64,000 nt of DNA from IMG/VR virus record IMGVR_UViG_3300030329_004481; one strand, written 5' to 3'. The translations under genes and the position numbers were made by a program. The notes under the pieces were generated by a model. It did no database searches, was not told where the DNA came from, and saw nothing but the letters and a program-made list of their open reading frames with translations. Below, one piece after another: positions 1 to 8,688 of this stretch. The stretch comes from a virus. Numbering within the stretch: the first letter of the stretch is position 1; each line of letters starts with the position of its first letter.

Positions 1-1
1 T

Positions 2-430
2 GTTCTTGATATAGCATATGTAGGATCAACTAAAATTGAAAAAATTAATATACATAACAATGTACAAAAAATATTTTTCTCATTGTCAAAATGTTTCGGT
101 TTGCGTAACATAAGAACAGGGTGGTATTTTAGTAAAACTCCTGATAAAAAATTAGAACTACTAATAGGATCTGCAAAATATTATAATTATTATGCACAAG
201 CAGTAGCAGAACATTTTATCAATAAATATGATATAGATATTGTATATAAAACTCTTCGACCTATACAAGAAGAAGTATGTGAACAATTTAACTTAATACC
301 TTCTGATGTTGTATGGTTAGCAACAACCAATGATCCAAAATTTGAAAAATTTAAAAGAGGAAACATTTGCCGTGTCAGCATTGCGGAAGAAATATCAACT
401 GCCTACCATAGCAGAATTACCACAAATTAA
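2..430 (+). CDS. PLP-dependent fold-type I (aminotransferase class I/II-like) enzyme, 5'-truncated by the window edge
   Basis: Frame is open from nt 2 (VLDIAYVGSTK...FFSLSKCFGLRNIRTGW): DxAY and SxSKxxGLxxxRxG PLP motifs; paralogous to 19256..20137. The ORF-track start at 83 is internal. Confidence 0.7.
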   Translation, partial: VLDIAYVGSTKIEKINIHNNVQKIFFSLSKCFGLRNIRTGWYFSKTPDKKLELLIGSAKYYNYYAQAVAEHFINKYDIDIVYKTLRPIQEEVCEQFNLIPSDVVWLATTNDPKFEKFKRGNICRVSIAEEISTAYHSRITTN

Positions 431-1019
431 AATAAATTTATCAAAATTAAAAACAGAATATCTAAAATTTTGCTCAAAATTTATAGATGTGGAAACTGCA
501 AATCCTCATTTATGTATGAATCATAAAAAACTTGTAAGTGAAGTTTATGATAATTTTGAACAAATAAATCTTACAGAATTAAATGGCGAGCCCATGCCAT
601 ATACTGATAATATAAAAGAAAGAATAAAACGTAGAGAAGAAACATTATACAATAAAAAGACACAAGATTATATTGGTAGTTATTTTGAAAATATAGTAGA
701 ACAATTTATATCTCCTGCTATGAGGATAAGAATTACAAAACTTGCTCCTAAAAAAGAAATAACATGGCACACAGACTATGACCCAACATATGCTACAAGA
801 ATTATTATACCAATATATTCCAATAAAAAAGTTAAAAATTTATTTAAAGTCAGAAAAAATGTTGAAGAATATTTTTTAGAAGAAGGTAAAGCATATTTTA
901 TAAATGGGGGATTTGCTCATTCAGTTAAAAATGATAGTGAAAATTCAAGAATTGCATTAATGTTTAGTTTAGATGGACAAGATGATTTGGAAATTGTGCC
1001 CAATAGAATTACATATTGA
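330..1019 (+). CDS. Asp/Asn beta-hydroxylase-like Fe(II)/2OG oxygenase (true start probably GTG 372 or TTG 381)
   Basis: RIRITKL..WHTD..RIIIPI..GKAYFIN..AHSVKN..SRIALM: HxD...H...R double-stranded beta-helix signature. Confidence 0.8.
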   Translation: MIQNLKNLKEETFAVSALRKKYQLPTIAELPQIKINLSKLKTEYLKFCSKFIDVETANPHLCMNHKKLVSEVYDNFEQINLTELNGEPMPYTDNIKERIKRREETLYNKKTQDYIGSYFENIVEQFISPAMRIRITKLAPKKEITWHTDYDPTYATRIIIPIYSNKKVKNLFKVRKNVEEYFLEEGKAYFINGGFAHSVKNDSENSRIALMFSLDGQDDLEIVPNRITY

Positions 1020-1440
1020 AGAAATAAAAAAATTATTTAACAAAACAAAAGGACATAAACATCAAGACAATTATATTAAATGGCCTTTATTTGAATACAC
1101 AAAATTTGCAAGAATGGGGTGGGACAAACATCTTATATATTATTCTGCTGGTATTGAAAGACCTGAATACAATGGATCAATTAGAATAATGAGTAGACAT
1201 ACTAGAGACAGATCATATAATTTTGGAACATATAATGATGATTTAAAAAGAGGTTTGGAAACTTTAGAACAAAGTACATACTATGCAAAAAAATTAGGAT
1301 ATAAAAATATATGGGTTAGTAGAGAAGAAAGTCCAAAACTTTTAGAATATTTTTCCAAACATTCACAATATGATTGGAAATTAAATTATGAAAAATTACA
1401 TTATGGTGGTAAACAATATATTTTAAGAATCAATGACTAG
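973..1440 (+). CDS. Hypothetical protein, possibly GNAT-fold acetyltransferase
   Basis: 155 aa, overlaps both neighbours; LEQSTYYAKKLGYKNIWVSRE resembles the GNAT motif A/B region (weak). Confidence 0.35.
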   Translation: MDKMIWKLCPIELHIEEIKKLFNKTKGHKHQDNYIKWPLFEYTKFARMGWDKHLIYYSAGIERPEYNGSIRIMSRHTRDRSYNFGTYNDDLKRGLETLEQSTYYAKKLGYKNIWVSREESPKLLEYFSKHSQYDWKLNYEKLHYGGKQYILRIND

Positions 1441-2059
1441 TATAGTTTTTCCTCCTGGTAAATTTTTTTGTTACTTGAGACAACCAAAAAGTGCAAGTCT
1501 AAGTATGACAAAATGGATTATAGATTTTGCAAAACAAAATAAAAAACCATACTTAACTAGTTTGCCTTATCAACAAAAAAATTTTAATGTTGATTATGAA
1601 AAAAATACAATAATCACCCACCACATGACCGCACAAAGATTAAAAAATACTATTCCTCAATGGTGGAATGATATGGAAAAAATGGTAACAGTTAGAAATC
1701 CATGGAATATTTTAGCAAGTAAATTCTATCATATGAAAAAATTGGGTGTTAATCAAGTTGCAACAAATACCTTTAAAGAATTTTGTTATGAATTAAAAAA
1801 TTTAAGGGGAACTTTAAATCCAGGAGAGAACTACTATAAAATTGATGGTGATATGATCGCAGATCATATTATTCCTGTAGAAAATTTACAAGAATATTTA
1901 AATGAAATTTTTAAAGATTTTATTGTTCCAAAAGTTCAACACACAAATATAGGAACAGTAACACAAGAAAAATATAAAAACCTTTATACTGATGAAATAA
2001 ACAATATGATAGAAATTGATTTCAAATATGAAATAAAATTATTTGATTATAAATTTTGA
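1433..2059 (+). CDS. Sulfotransferase family 2-like protein
   Basis: YLRQPKSASLS (5'-PSB-like), HMTA, VTVRNPWNILAS (3'-PB-like), C-terminal YKNLY..DFKYEIKLFDYKF. Confidence 0.75.
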   Translation: MTSIVFPPGKFFCYLRQPKSASLSMTKWIIDFAKQNKKPYLTSLPYQQKNFNVDYEKNTIITHHMTAQRLKNTIPQWWNDMEKMVTVRNPWNILASKFYHMKKLGVNQVATNTFKEFCYELKNLRGTLNPGENYYKIDGDMIADHIIPVENLQEYLNEIFKDFIVPKVQHTNIGTVTQEKYKNLYTDEINNMIEIDFKYEIKLFDYKF

Positions 2060-3609
2060 TGTAATGGCCTAGATGGGTCACTTTCCCAACCAATCATATC
2101 ATTCTCAAAATTTAATTCATTGATATTTGACAAAGGAACAAGATTATCTTGAGGACGTTTATAATCTGCAGCATTTCCTTTTTCATGATCACCCAAAACT
2201 ATTCCCCCTTCACCATAAACACTTCCTGTTTTAAATTTCAATTCAATACATAAATTTTCTATTTCTTCTCTGCGTCTCACTCTAACATCCATAGTATTAT
2301 ATTCTTTTCCATTCTTTGTAACCCATTCATTTTCTTCATCAACATAATAATCAAACATATTATTTTTAAATACTGGTGCACCAGGTAAAATTATCATTGT
2401 TCCACCAATTTCTATTCTACTGATAGGATTTCCATTGATCATATGTTTATGATTTTTTATCCACTCTAAATTTTCTTTATGGTGTTTTTCTTTTTCATTA
2501 GGATATCCAACAACCATTAATAAAACAACATTAACATTATATTTACTATATAATTCTAAATTTTTTTCCATTATATCATTACTAAATTTTTTTCTCATGT
2601 GAGTGCGAATTTCTTCTGAAAAACTTTCTACACCAATACTAAGTTGTTTAATATTTGCTCTTTCCATTTTTTCATATATTCTTTCAGGCTGATTTTTAAA
2701 AATAGCCAATCCTTTGATGGATTTAAATAATGATCCATCTTTTATTATTAAATCTAATAATTTTTCAAATTCTTTTTGATTGCCATTAATCAAACTATCA
2801 TAAAAATATATTTCATTAATTCCAATATTTAATAAGTTTTTCATTTCATCATAAATATTTTTCGCACTTCTCCATCTAAACTTTGGCCAATAATGCTCTA
2901 CATCACAAAATGTGCATCTCCTAACACACCCACGACTTCCCATTATTCCTGCTTCAAGTTTTTCATATTTCCAATTTGGATTATAATGAACTCTCAATCC
3001 TCCTGGATCACCAGAAACGTAATTAGCAAAATCAATTCCTGTATAATCAGCTATAGGCAATTGGTCTAAATTTTCTATTTGTGGTGATTTGACAATTCTA
3101 TCTTTTATTTCACCTTTAATAATTTTAGGTAAAACCAAATCTCCCTCATTTGATACAGCATGATCTGCTAAATCATTTTCAATGATCCATTCAGCATAAG
3201 TTGATATTGGTGATCCACCAACTATTATTTTTTTATTAGAATTGTATTGTTTAATTTTAGGACTTAACATTTTCAAAGTGGGCAAACTTCTATAACTAAA
3301 ACAACTTATTCCTGCCCATTCAGCATCATTGTTTGCAATTTCTTTTGCCCATTTTTCAATGTAATCATTATAAACTTCTTTAACAAATTGTTTGAATTTC
3401 TTTCCCTTATACAAATCTGTATTGGATTCTTTCCATATTTCCCACCATTTACTATTAATTGTATCTTTCCATAATTCATAATTAAAATCTCTCAATTCAA
3501 CATCAATACCTTCTTGTTTACAAGAAGCCTGTAAATACCCTAAAGCAAGACTAGGAGTATTAACTCCATTTTTAGGAATAGTACATAGGAGTAATTTATT
3601 TTTCATCAA
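2047..3609 (-). CDS. Cobalamin-binding (class B-like) radical SAM protein
   Basis: PSLALGYL, GISCFS, IIVGG (B12-binding Rossmann domain); SRGCVRRCTFC; IGVES; VVGYPNE. Confidence 0.88.
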   Translation of the reverse strand: MMKNKLLLCTIPKNGVNTPSLALGYLQASCKQEGIDVELRDFNYELWKDTINSKWWEIWKESNTDLYKGKKFKQFVKEVYNDYIEKWAKEIANNDAEWAGISCFSYRSLPTLKMLSPKIKQYNSNKKIIVGGSPISTYAEWIIENDLADHAVSNEGDLVLPKIIKGEIKDRIVKSPQIENLDQLPIADYTGIDFANYVSGDPGGLRVHYNPNWKYEKLEAGIMGSRGCVRRCTFCDVEHYWPKFRWRSAKNIYDEMKNLLNIGINEIYFYDSLINGNQKEFEKLLDLIIKDGSLFKSIKGLAIFKNQPERIYEKMERANIKQLSIGVESFSEEIRTHMRKKFSNDIMEKNLELYSKYNVNVVLLMVVGYPNEKEKHHKENLEWIKNHKHMINGNPISRIEIGGTMIILPGAPVFKNNMFDYYVDEENEWVTKNGKEYNTMDVRVRRREEIENLCIELKFKTGSVYGEGGIVLGDHEKGNAADYKRPQDNLVPLSNINELNFENDMIGWESDPSRPLHQNL

Positions 3610-4207
3610 TGATCATATATCGCACAGGATTGTCTCCTAAATTTTTTACCTCATGGGATTTAGTGACATCTAGTTGCCATATTTCTCCTGGTTCTAGATT
3701 GTGCGTAATTCCTTTACAATCTTTAAAGCAATTACCCCCATTAGTACTTATTATCAAATGATAACGATTTGTTTCATTATCACCATCTATATGAGGTTTA
3801 AGAACAAAATTTTTATATCTTTGTCCAACAATAGCTTCACTTTTACTTAAATCACAACCAACTTCATTCTCTATTGATTTTTTAATATAGTCTACTACTG
3901 TACTTGTATCTTTTAAATATTTAGCAGAAAGTGTGGTGGTATGCGTTTGATGGTTAAACAACCTCAAACTCATAGCATCATATAATTCAAAATTATCTAT
4001 TCTTTGTTGTTTCAGTCCTTGCTTTCTATTAGCATACCAACTTTTTTGAGTTGTTCCTCCAGGATATATTATCATAGTTCTACGAGGAAGATCTTTATCA
4101 GCATATTTTTCATAGTCATTAACTAAATCATAGTAGGGTGATAATTCTTTATTTAACATATCTAACTTGTCAAAAAAGTTATATTTTAATTTTACTATGT
4201 TACTCAT
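3596..4207 (-). CDS. Asp/Asn beta-hydroxylase-like Fe(II)/2OG oxygenase
   Basis: LKPHID..RYHLIISTN..GEIWQLDVTKSHEVKNLG..RYMIID. Confidence 0.8.
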   Translation of the reverse strand: MSNIVKLKYNFFDKLDMLNKELSPYYDLVNDYEKYADKDLPRRTMIIYPGGTTQKSWYANRKQGLKQQRIDNFELYDAMSLRLFNHQTHTTTLSAKYLKDTSTVVDYIKKSIENEVGCDLSKSEAIVGQRYKNFVLKPHIDGDNETNRYHLIISTNGGNCFKDCKGITHNLEPGEIWQLDVTKSHEVKNLGDNPVRYMIIDEK

Positions 4208-4781
4208 CTAAAAAATCCACTATCAAATGTATGCGACTATGTGTCAAACTATCATTATTTGCTGCATGCTCTTTACTTGTATCCAATTTCCATATCTCAC
4301 CTGGCTTAGGATAAAATTTTTTTTCTGATTCAAATATTTCAAAATAACTATCTTTGTTAGATGTTAAGGGTATGTGATATCTTGTTAATCCCATAGTATC
4401 AATATGTTTTTCTAATCTAAATTTTGATCCAGCATATACTATAGCGACTTGTACTTTACCATTTACTCCCAATGTTTTTATTAATTTTTTCACATAAGGA
4501 CTTATGGTATCTTCTTTTTTTAAGTAAGCACTCACCATCCTAGTACCAAATTTTGTGTATCTTGTATATAACTTGACATGATTATTTTCTATAATATCCC
4601 ATTTTTCTCCTTTACGTTTATGACTAGTATAGTGAGATGTACCAGAAGGATAATTGCACATAACTCTAATTATATCATCAGGCCATTTGTCAGCGATTTT
4701 AGTAACTTCTTGTATGTAATACTGCAAATCAATAAGTAATTGTTCACTATCAACATTAATGTTTAATTTTTCACACTGCAT
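4200..4781 (-). CDS. Asp/Asn beta-hydroxylase-like Fe(II)/2OG oxygenase
   Basis: LEKHID..RYHIPLTSN..GEIWKLDTSKEHAANN..SRIHLIVD. Confidence 0.82.
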   Translation of the reverse strand: MQCEKLNINVDSEQLLIDLQYYIQEVTKIADKWPDDIIRVMCNYPSGTSHYTSHKRKGEKWDIIENNHVKLYTRYTKFGTRMVSAYLKKEDTISPYVKKLIKTLGVNGKVQVAIVYAGSKFRLEKHIDTMGLTRYHIPLTSNKDSYFEIFESEKKFYPKPGEIWKLDTSKEHAANNDSLTHSRIHLIVDFLDE

Positions 4782-5274
4782 TTACATCTCCAATCAAATG
4801 TAATCTATTTGTTTTTCCAAAATTGTACGCCGTGTGTTTTTTACTAGTATCTAATTCATATACTTGGTTAGGTAAATAATTAATTTTAATATCTTCTGTT
4901 TCAATGAAACAATTTTCATTTGTAGTTATTGGAATGTGTATTCTAGTCCCTTCAAAATAATCAGTATGCCAATTCATTTCAAACCCTGGACTCATACAAG
5001 CAACTACAAAATTGTCAATATTATATTGCTGTTTTATATCTTGTAAGAAATTTAAATCATATTTTTGTTTATATTTACAATGATATATCTCAATATTAGG
5101 TTTAGGACCAATGCATTTGTATATATTATTCTCAACAAATGTAGGCAATTTCATTTGTTCCCAACTACGATGTTCACTTATATAAAAAGTTATCCTACAT
5201 GGTTTTTTTATAGAATTTGTTAATTCTTCAGCATTGTCAATAATGAATTTAAAATTGTTGGTTAAGTTGACCAT
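4771..5274 (-). CDS. Asp/Asn beta-hydroxylase-like Fe(II)/2OG oxygenase
   Basis: MSPGFEMNWHTD..RIHIPITTN..LDTSKKHTAYNFGKTNRLHLIG. Confidence 0.85.
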   Translation of the reverse strand: MVNLTNNFKFIIDNAEELTNSIKKPCRITFYISEHRSWEQMKLPTFVENNIYKCIGPKPNIEIYHCKYKQKYDLNFLQDIKQQYNIDNFVVACMSPGFEMNWHTDYFEGTRIHIPITTNENCFIETEDIKINYLPNQVYELDTSKKHTAYNFGKTNRLHLIGDVNAV

Positions 5275-6151
5275 CTAAAGATCTTTCTACAAGTCTACAA
5301 AACTTTTTGTCTGTTAATGGTACATAAAATATTATATGACAACGGAATACATCTGTAGGATTATCAACTGCGTGATCATAAACATAATTAAATACCCAAG
5401 CTTCACCAGGACTATAATGTTCACCATAAATTATATCATTTTTACGCACAAGCATATTTACTTTAGGATCAGTATATAGTGGTAAATGTACAATAGCTTT
5501 ATCATTTACAATAATATCATTATGCCAAGGAAGTCTTGCATGGTTATGCCAATTTAAATATCCTCCATCTTTAATTTTCCATATGTGCATACGATATTTG
5601 TTGTCAGCAATATGTTTATCAATAAAATTTGTAACAGTAGGTAGTTGATCATAAATTTCAGTTTTATAAAATTTCATATCTTCGCTATTTAAACGAGGAA
5701 CATTATCTACAATACTTGCAGCATACTTTTGATATTCAGGATACGCCCATGCTGATTCTTCTTTTGCTTGTTTACCTTGTCCTGTCCAACTATGAGGTGT
5801 GTAGTTAATCATTGTTTTACTATACCAATGAGGATGCAACAAAGGCCCCCTTTCTTGTGTTTCTTTATAATTACGCAGATTACATCTGCTATATGACTCT
5901 TCGTCTAACTTTTGAACCTCTTGCCATGCTTGTTCATAATCAAATACAGGTAAATCAAGTTTAAGATGAGGAATTTCTTTTATCTTAGCACTGACAGGAT
6001 TTTCATATTCATATTGTTTAATTTTTTCTACATATTTTTGTTTTTCCTCATGATCAACTTGTTTATCAAAATCAGGAACAAACTTATCTTCTTTACTTTT
6101 CCAAGGTACTTGAAGATTAGGATGAATATCTTTTTCATTTATAATTTTCAT
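5249..6151 (-). CDS. Asp/Asn beta-hydroxylase-like oxygenase, HxH variant
   Basis: GGYLNWHNH..IVHLPL..GEAWVFNYVYDHAVDN..RCHIIF. Confidence 0.75.
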   Translation of the reverse strand: MKIINEKDIHPNLQVPWKSKEDKFVPDFDKQVDHEEKQKYVEKIKQYEYENPVSAKIKEIPHLKLDLPVFDYEQAWQEVQKLDEESYSRCNLRNYKETQERGPLLHPHWYSKTMINYTPHSWTGQGKQAKEESAWAYPEYQKYAASIVDNVPRLNSEDMKFYKTEIYDQLPTVTNFIDKHIADNKYRMHIWKIKDGGYLNWHNHARLPWHNDIIVNDKAIVHLPLYTDPKVNMLVRKNDIIYGEHYSPGEAWVFNYVYDHAVDNPTDVFRCHIIFYVPLTDKKFCRLVERSLDGQLNQQF

Positions 6152-6864
6152 GGTGTGTACCCTTCTTCATAGTGTGGTTTCCAATCTAAAAAATCAACCA
6201 TAAAAAATATACGCCCAGCACAACCTGGCCGACTGTTGTCAAATATATGTATATTTTGTGTATTTACTTTGTACAGCACTGCTTTGTCCATACTTAACCA
6301 AACTTCTTCAACTTCACCATCTTCGTGTGTATACTGCCAACCAAATTGTCCTTTTAGTGTAGTAGTAATAGGAAATTGAAATCTATGATGCGTATAAAGA
6401 TCCTGATGCCATTGCATGCAAAAATCAGGACCTTTGTACATCACCAACATTACTTTGTATTTGTCTTGCAATTCTTCTTTTTCAGCAATAGTATCAATTA
6501 ACTTTTGTACATATTTTCCTACTTCATAGTTTGGTTTCTTAGTGAGTATACCATGCACAATGTATTCCTCATCTGTACCTTTTCTAAAATAATTACAATT
6601 AAGAACATAATTATTAAACTCCACTTCTTCATAGAGTCCTTGTTCAGTTCTTTCACGTTTTTGTTCTGGTGATGTATAAGGTGTGTGTCCCATCGGCCAA
6701 CTTAAATTAAAGTAATCTCCGCCTGGATTATTATATCCACTATTAAGATGTTGTTTTATTAAGTTAATAGCAGGTTGTATATCAGAAACTATACCATTAT
6801 ACCATTCTTCTGTCATTTTAACATCTAATACTTTACTAAGGCCAAGTTGTTCGCTTCGGTGCAT
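6148..6864 (-). CDS. Asp/Asn beta-hydroxylase-like Fe(II)/2OG oxygenase
   Basis: MQWHQD..RFQFPITT..YKVNTQNIHIFDN..GRIFFMVD. Confidence 0.75.
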   Translation of the reverse strand: MHRSEQLGLSKVLDVKMTEEWYNGIVSDIQPAINLIKQHLNSGYNNPGGDYFNLSWPMGHTPYTSPEQKRERTEQGLYEEVEFNNYVLNCNYFRKGTDEEYIVHGILTKKPNYEVGKYVQKLIDTIAEKEELQDKYKVMLVMYKGPDFCMQWHQDLYTHHRFQFPITTTLKGQFGWQYTHEDGEVEEVWLSMDKAVLYKVNTQNIHIFDNSRPGCAGRIFFMVDFLDWKPHYEEGYTP

Positions 6865-7495
6865 TCCGACCTCCTAACGCTTTGTCCCATAACCAATAAC
6901 AAGCATCTGGTGTGGGTTCAACATTTAAAAGCAAAAGCAAACAACCATCAATAAAACTTACAACCCAATGATTTTTTAAAGTATTCAAAAAATATGATTT
7001 TCCTTCTTGTAATGGTAAAATTTTATCTTCATACCCCCACTTAAAATCATTTGTTCCTGTGTTCCAAATTGGTATAACAATGCGAAATGAATCCAATCCA
7101 TCGTGGTGAGGGGGAAATATACCACCTTTATTTAAATTTATAAAGTGACTTCTACAAAGATAAGGTTTTGCATCTTGAATAAGTGGAATATCATCTGATA
7201 CTAAATCATACAATTCTGTTTTAGTTTTAAAATCAGTCTCTAAAAAATTAGTACCATTTTCTTTATTATAACTTCTGATACTATCTACACTTGGACTGAC
7301 AGGATTACCATCTTTATTTACAATAGCCAATCCCTTCACACCTGGATTTACTCTCTCAAACCATCCATTTTTATCTCCATATTCAAAAACTTTCTTTGCT
7401 ATTTTCACATAATCAATTTTAGGATATAGAGTTTCTAAAAAATCGCCGGCACTAACTATAGCACTATAGTTAAGTTGTCTGTCTAGCATACTCAT
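6836..7495 (-). CDS. Asp/Asn beta-hydroxylase-like Fe(II)/2OG oxygenase
   Basis: RSHFINLNKGGIFPPHHD..RIVIPI..GKSYFLNTLKNH; the terminal Arg is not evident. Confidence 0.75.
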   Translation of the reverse strand: MSMLDRQLNYSAIVSAGDFLETLYPKIDYVKIAKKVFEYGDKNGWFERVNPGVKGLAIVNKDGNPVSPSVDSIRSYNKENGTNFLETDFKTKTELYDLVSDDIPLIQDAKPYLCRSHFINLNKGGIFPPHHDGLDSFRIVIPIWNTGTNDFKWGYEDKILPLQEGKSYFLNTLKNHWVVSFIDGCLLLLLNVEPTPDACYWLWDKALGGRNAPKRTTWP

Positions 7496-8102
7496 TAAAA
7501 TGCTCCTTTATTTTTTCAAAAGTATAATCATATTTAAAATTCAATTGAAATAAAAAACGTTTTTTATTTGTTTTATTTTCTACACTATGTTTTATTTCAG
7601 TATTAATTAAGGTAGTTTGATCATATATTGTTTCAAATCTTTTTGGTGTTAACCAATAAGTTGTGCTACCTTCAAGACTTAAAGGAAAACTCAAATTACA
7701 TTTTCTAAAACTATCAATATGTGGAATAAATGTGCTATGTTCTGGAATAACAATAATACTAGAACAATGAAAAAATAAATTTAAATCAATATCTAAATTA
7801 CTTATTACATCAGATATTAATTCTCTTGAGTGATTTAATAAATTAAAATAATGTTTTTGATCTGATACTGGAACTAATTCAGGACTTTCAATATATGCAC
7901 CTTGATTAAATGAATTAGCTATTGTTAAATATTTACACTTTTTATCCTCAACAGCATCGTATGAAATTACTTTGTCATTAGTTACAGTAAAAAAATATCC
8001 ATTCTTTTCTAATTTTTTTACTTCATCATATATTAAAGAACGTAAAAAATTATCTAATTTATAATCAATATTAATCCAAAGGTTTTTTGAATCCAAATTC
8101 AT
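7470..8102 (-). CDS. Asp/Asn beta-hydroxylase-like Fe(II)/2OG oxygenase
   Basis: FIPHID..CNLSFPL..LINTEIKHSVEN..KRFLFQLNF. Confidence 0.75.
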   Translation of the reverse strand: MNLDSKNLWINIDYKLDNFLRSLIYDEVKKLEKNGYFFTVTNDKVISYDAVEDKKCKYLTIANSFNQGAYIESPELVPVSDQKHYFNLLNHSRELISDVISNLDIDLNLFFHCSSIIVIPEHSTFIPHIDSFRKCNLSFPLSLEGSTTYWLTPKRFETIYDQTTLINTEIKHSVENKTNKKRFLFQLNFKYDYTFEKIKEHFNEYARQTT

Positions 8103-8688
8103 CTATTTCCCATGCATAATCTCTATGTATAAAACTATCAATTTTTTCTGAAACTTTAATATCTTCTTGATCATAATTTTGTACTAATATTTTAGGAACA
8201 GTACTTATATTAAAAAATTTTTTCATAATTTTATTAATATCCTTTACATCATAAACATCACAAATAACATTATTATCAATAGTATAAATTTCACGATTAA
8301 AATTACAAGTTCCTTTAATATCAATTAAACTTTTTGTAAAATCTTCAATATTATTGAGACAGTAATTATTTAAGTTTTTCCAATTATATTTAGAACCTGT
8401 ATATTTGTTAAAGTAATAATAACTAATTAAACATATCCAAGGGTTTCTTATAAAAGTAAATTTTTTTGAAATGTTCCACACGTCCAATCTTTTTTTCAAA
8501 ACTTTAGCGGACATATGACTAATAAATTTATAATCATCAAGAGTGTCCGTATCTTTACTTCTAACTTCTAAAATACTTACAGAATTTTCTTCAGCATACT
8601 GTCTCATACATTGTTTGACTGCATGACTACCTGTTTTTTTACTACGCAGGTATACTAATGGGGGATTCTGATATAGGATTGTTGGCAT
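8071..8688 (-). CDS. Sulfotransferase family 2-like protein
   Basis: YLRSKKTGS, SHMSA, FTFIRNPWICLISYY; paralog of 1433..2059. Start moved from 8757 to ATG 8688 (MPTILY) to reduce the overlap. Confidence 0.72.
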   Translation of the reverse strand: MPTILYQNPPLVYLRSKKTGSHAVKQCMRQYAEENSVSILEVRSKDTDTLDDYKFISHMSAKVLKKRLDVWNISKKFTFIRNPWICLISYYYFNKYTGSKYNWKNLNNYCLNNIEDFTKSLIDIKGTCNFNREIYTIDNNVICDVYDVKDINKIMKKFFNISTVPKILVQNYDQEDIKVSEKIDSFIHRDYAWEIDEFGFKKPLD

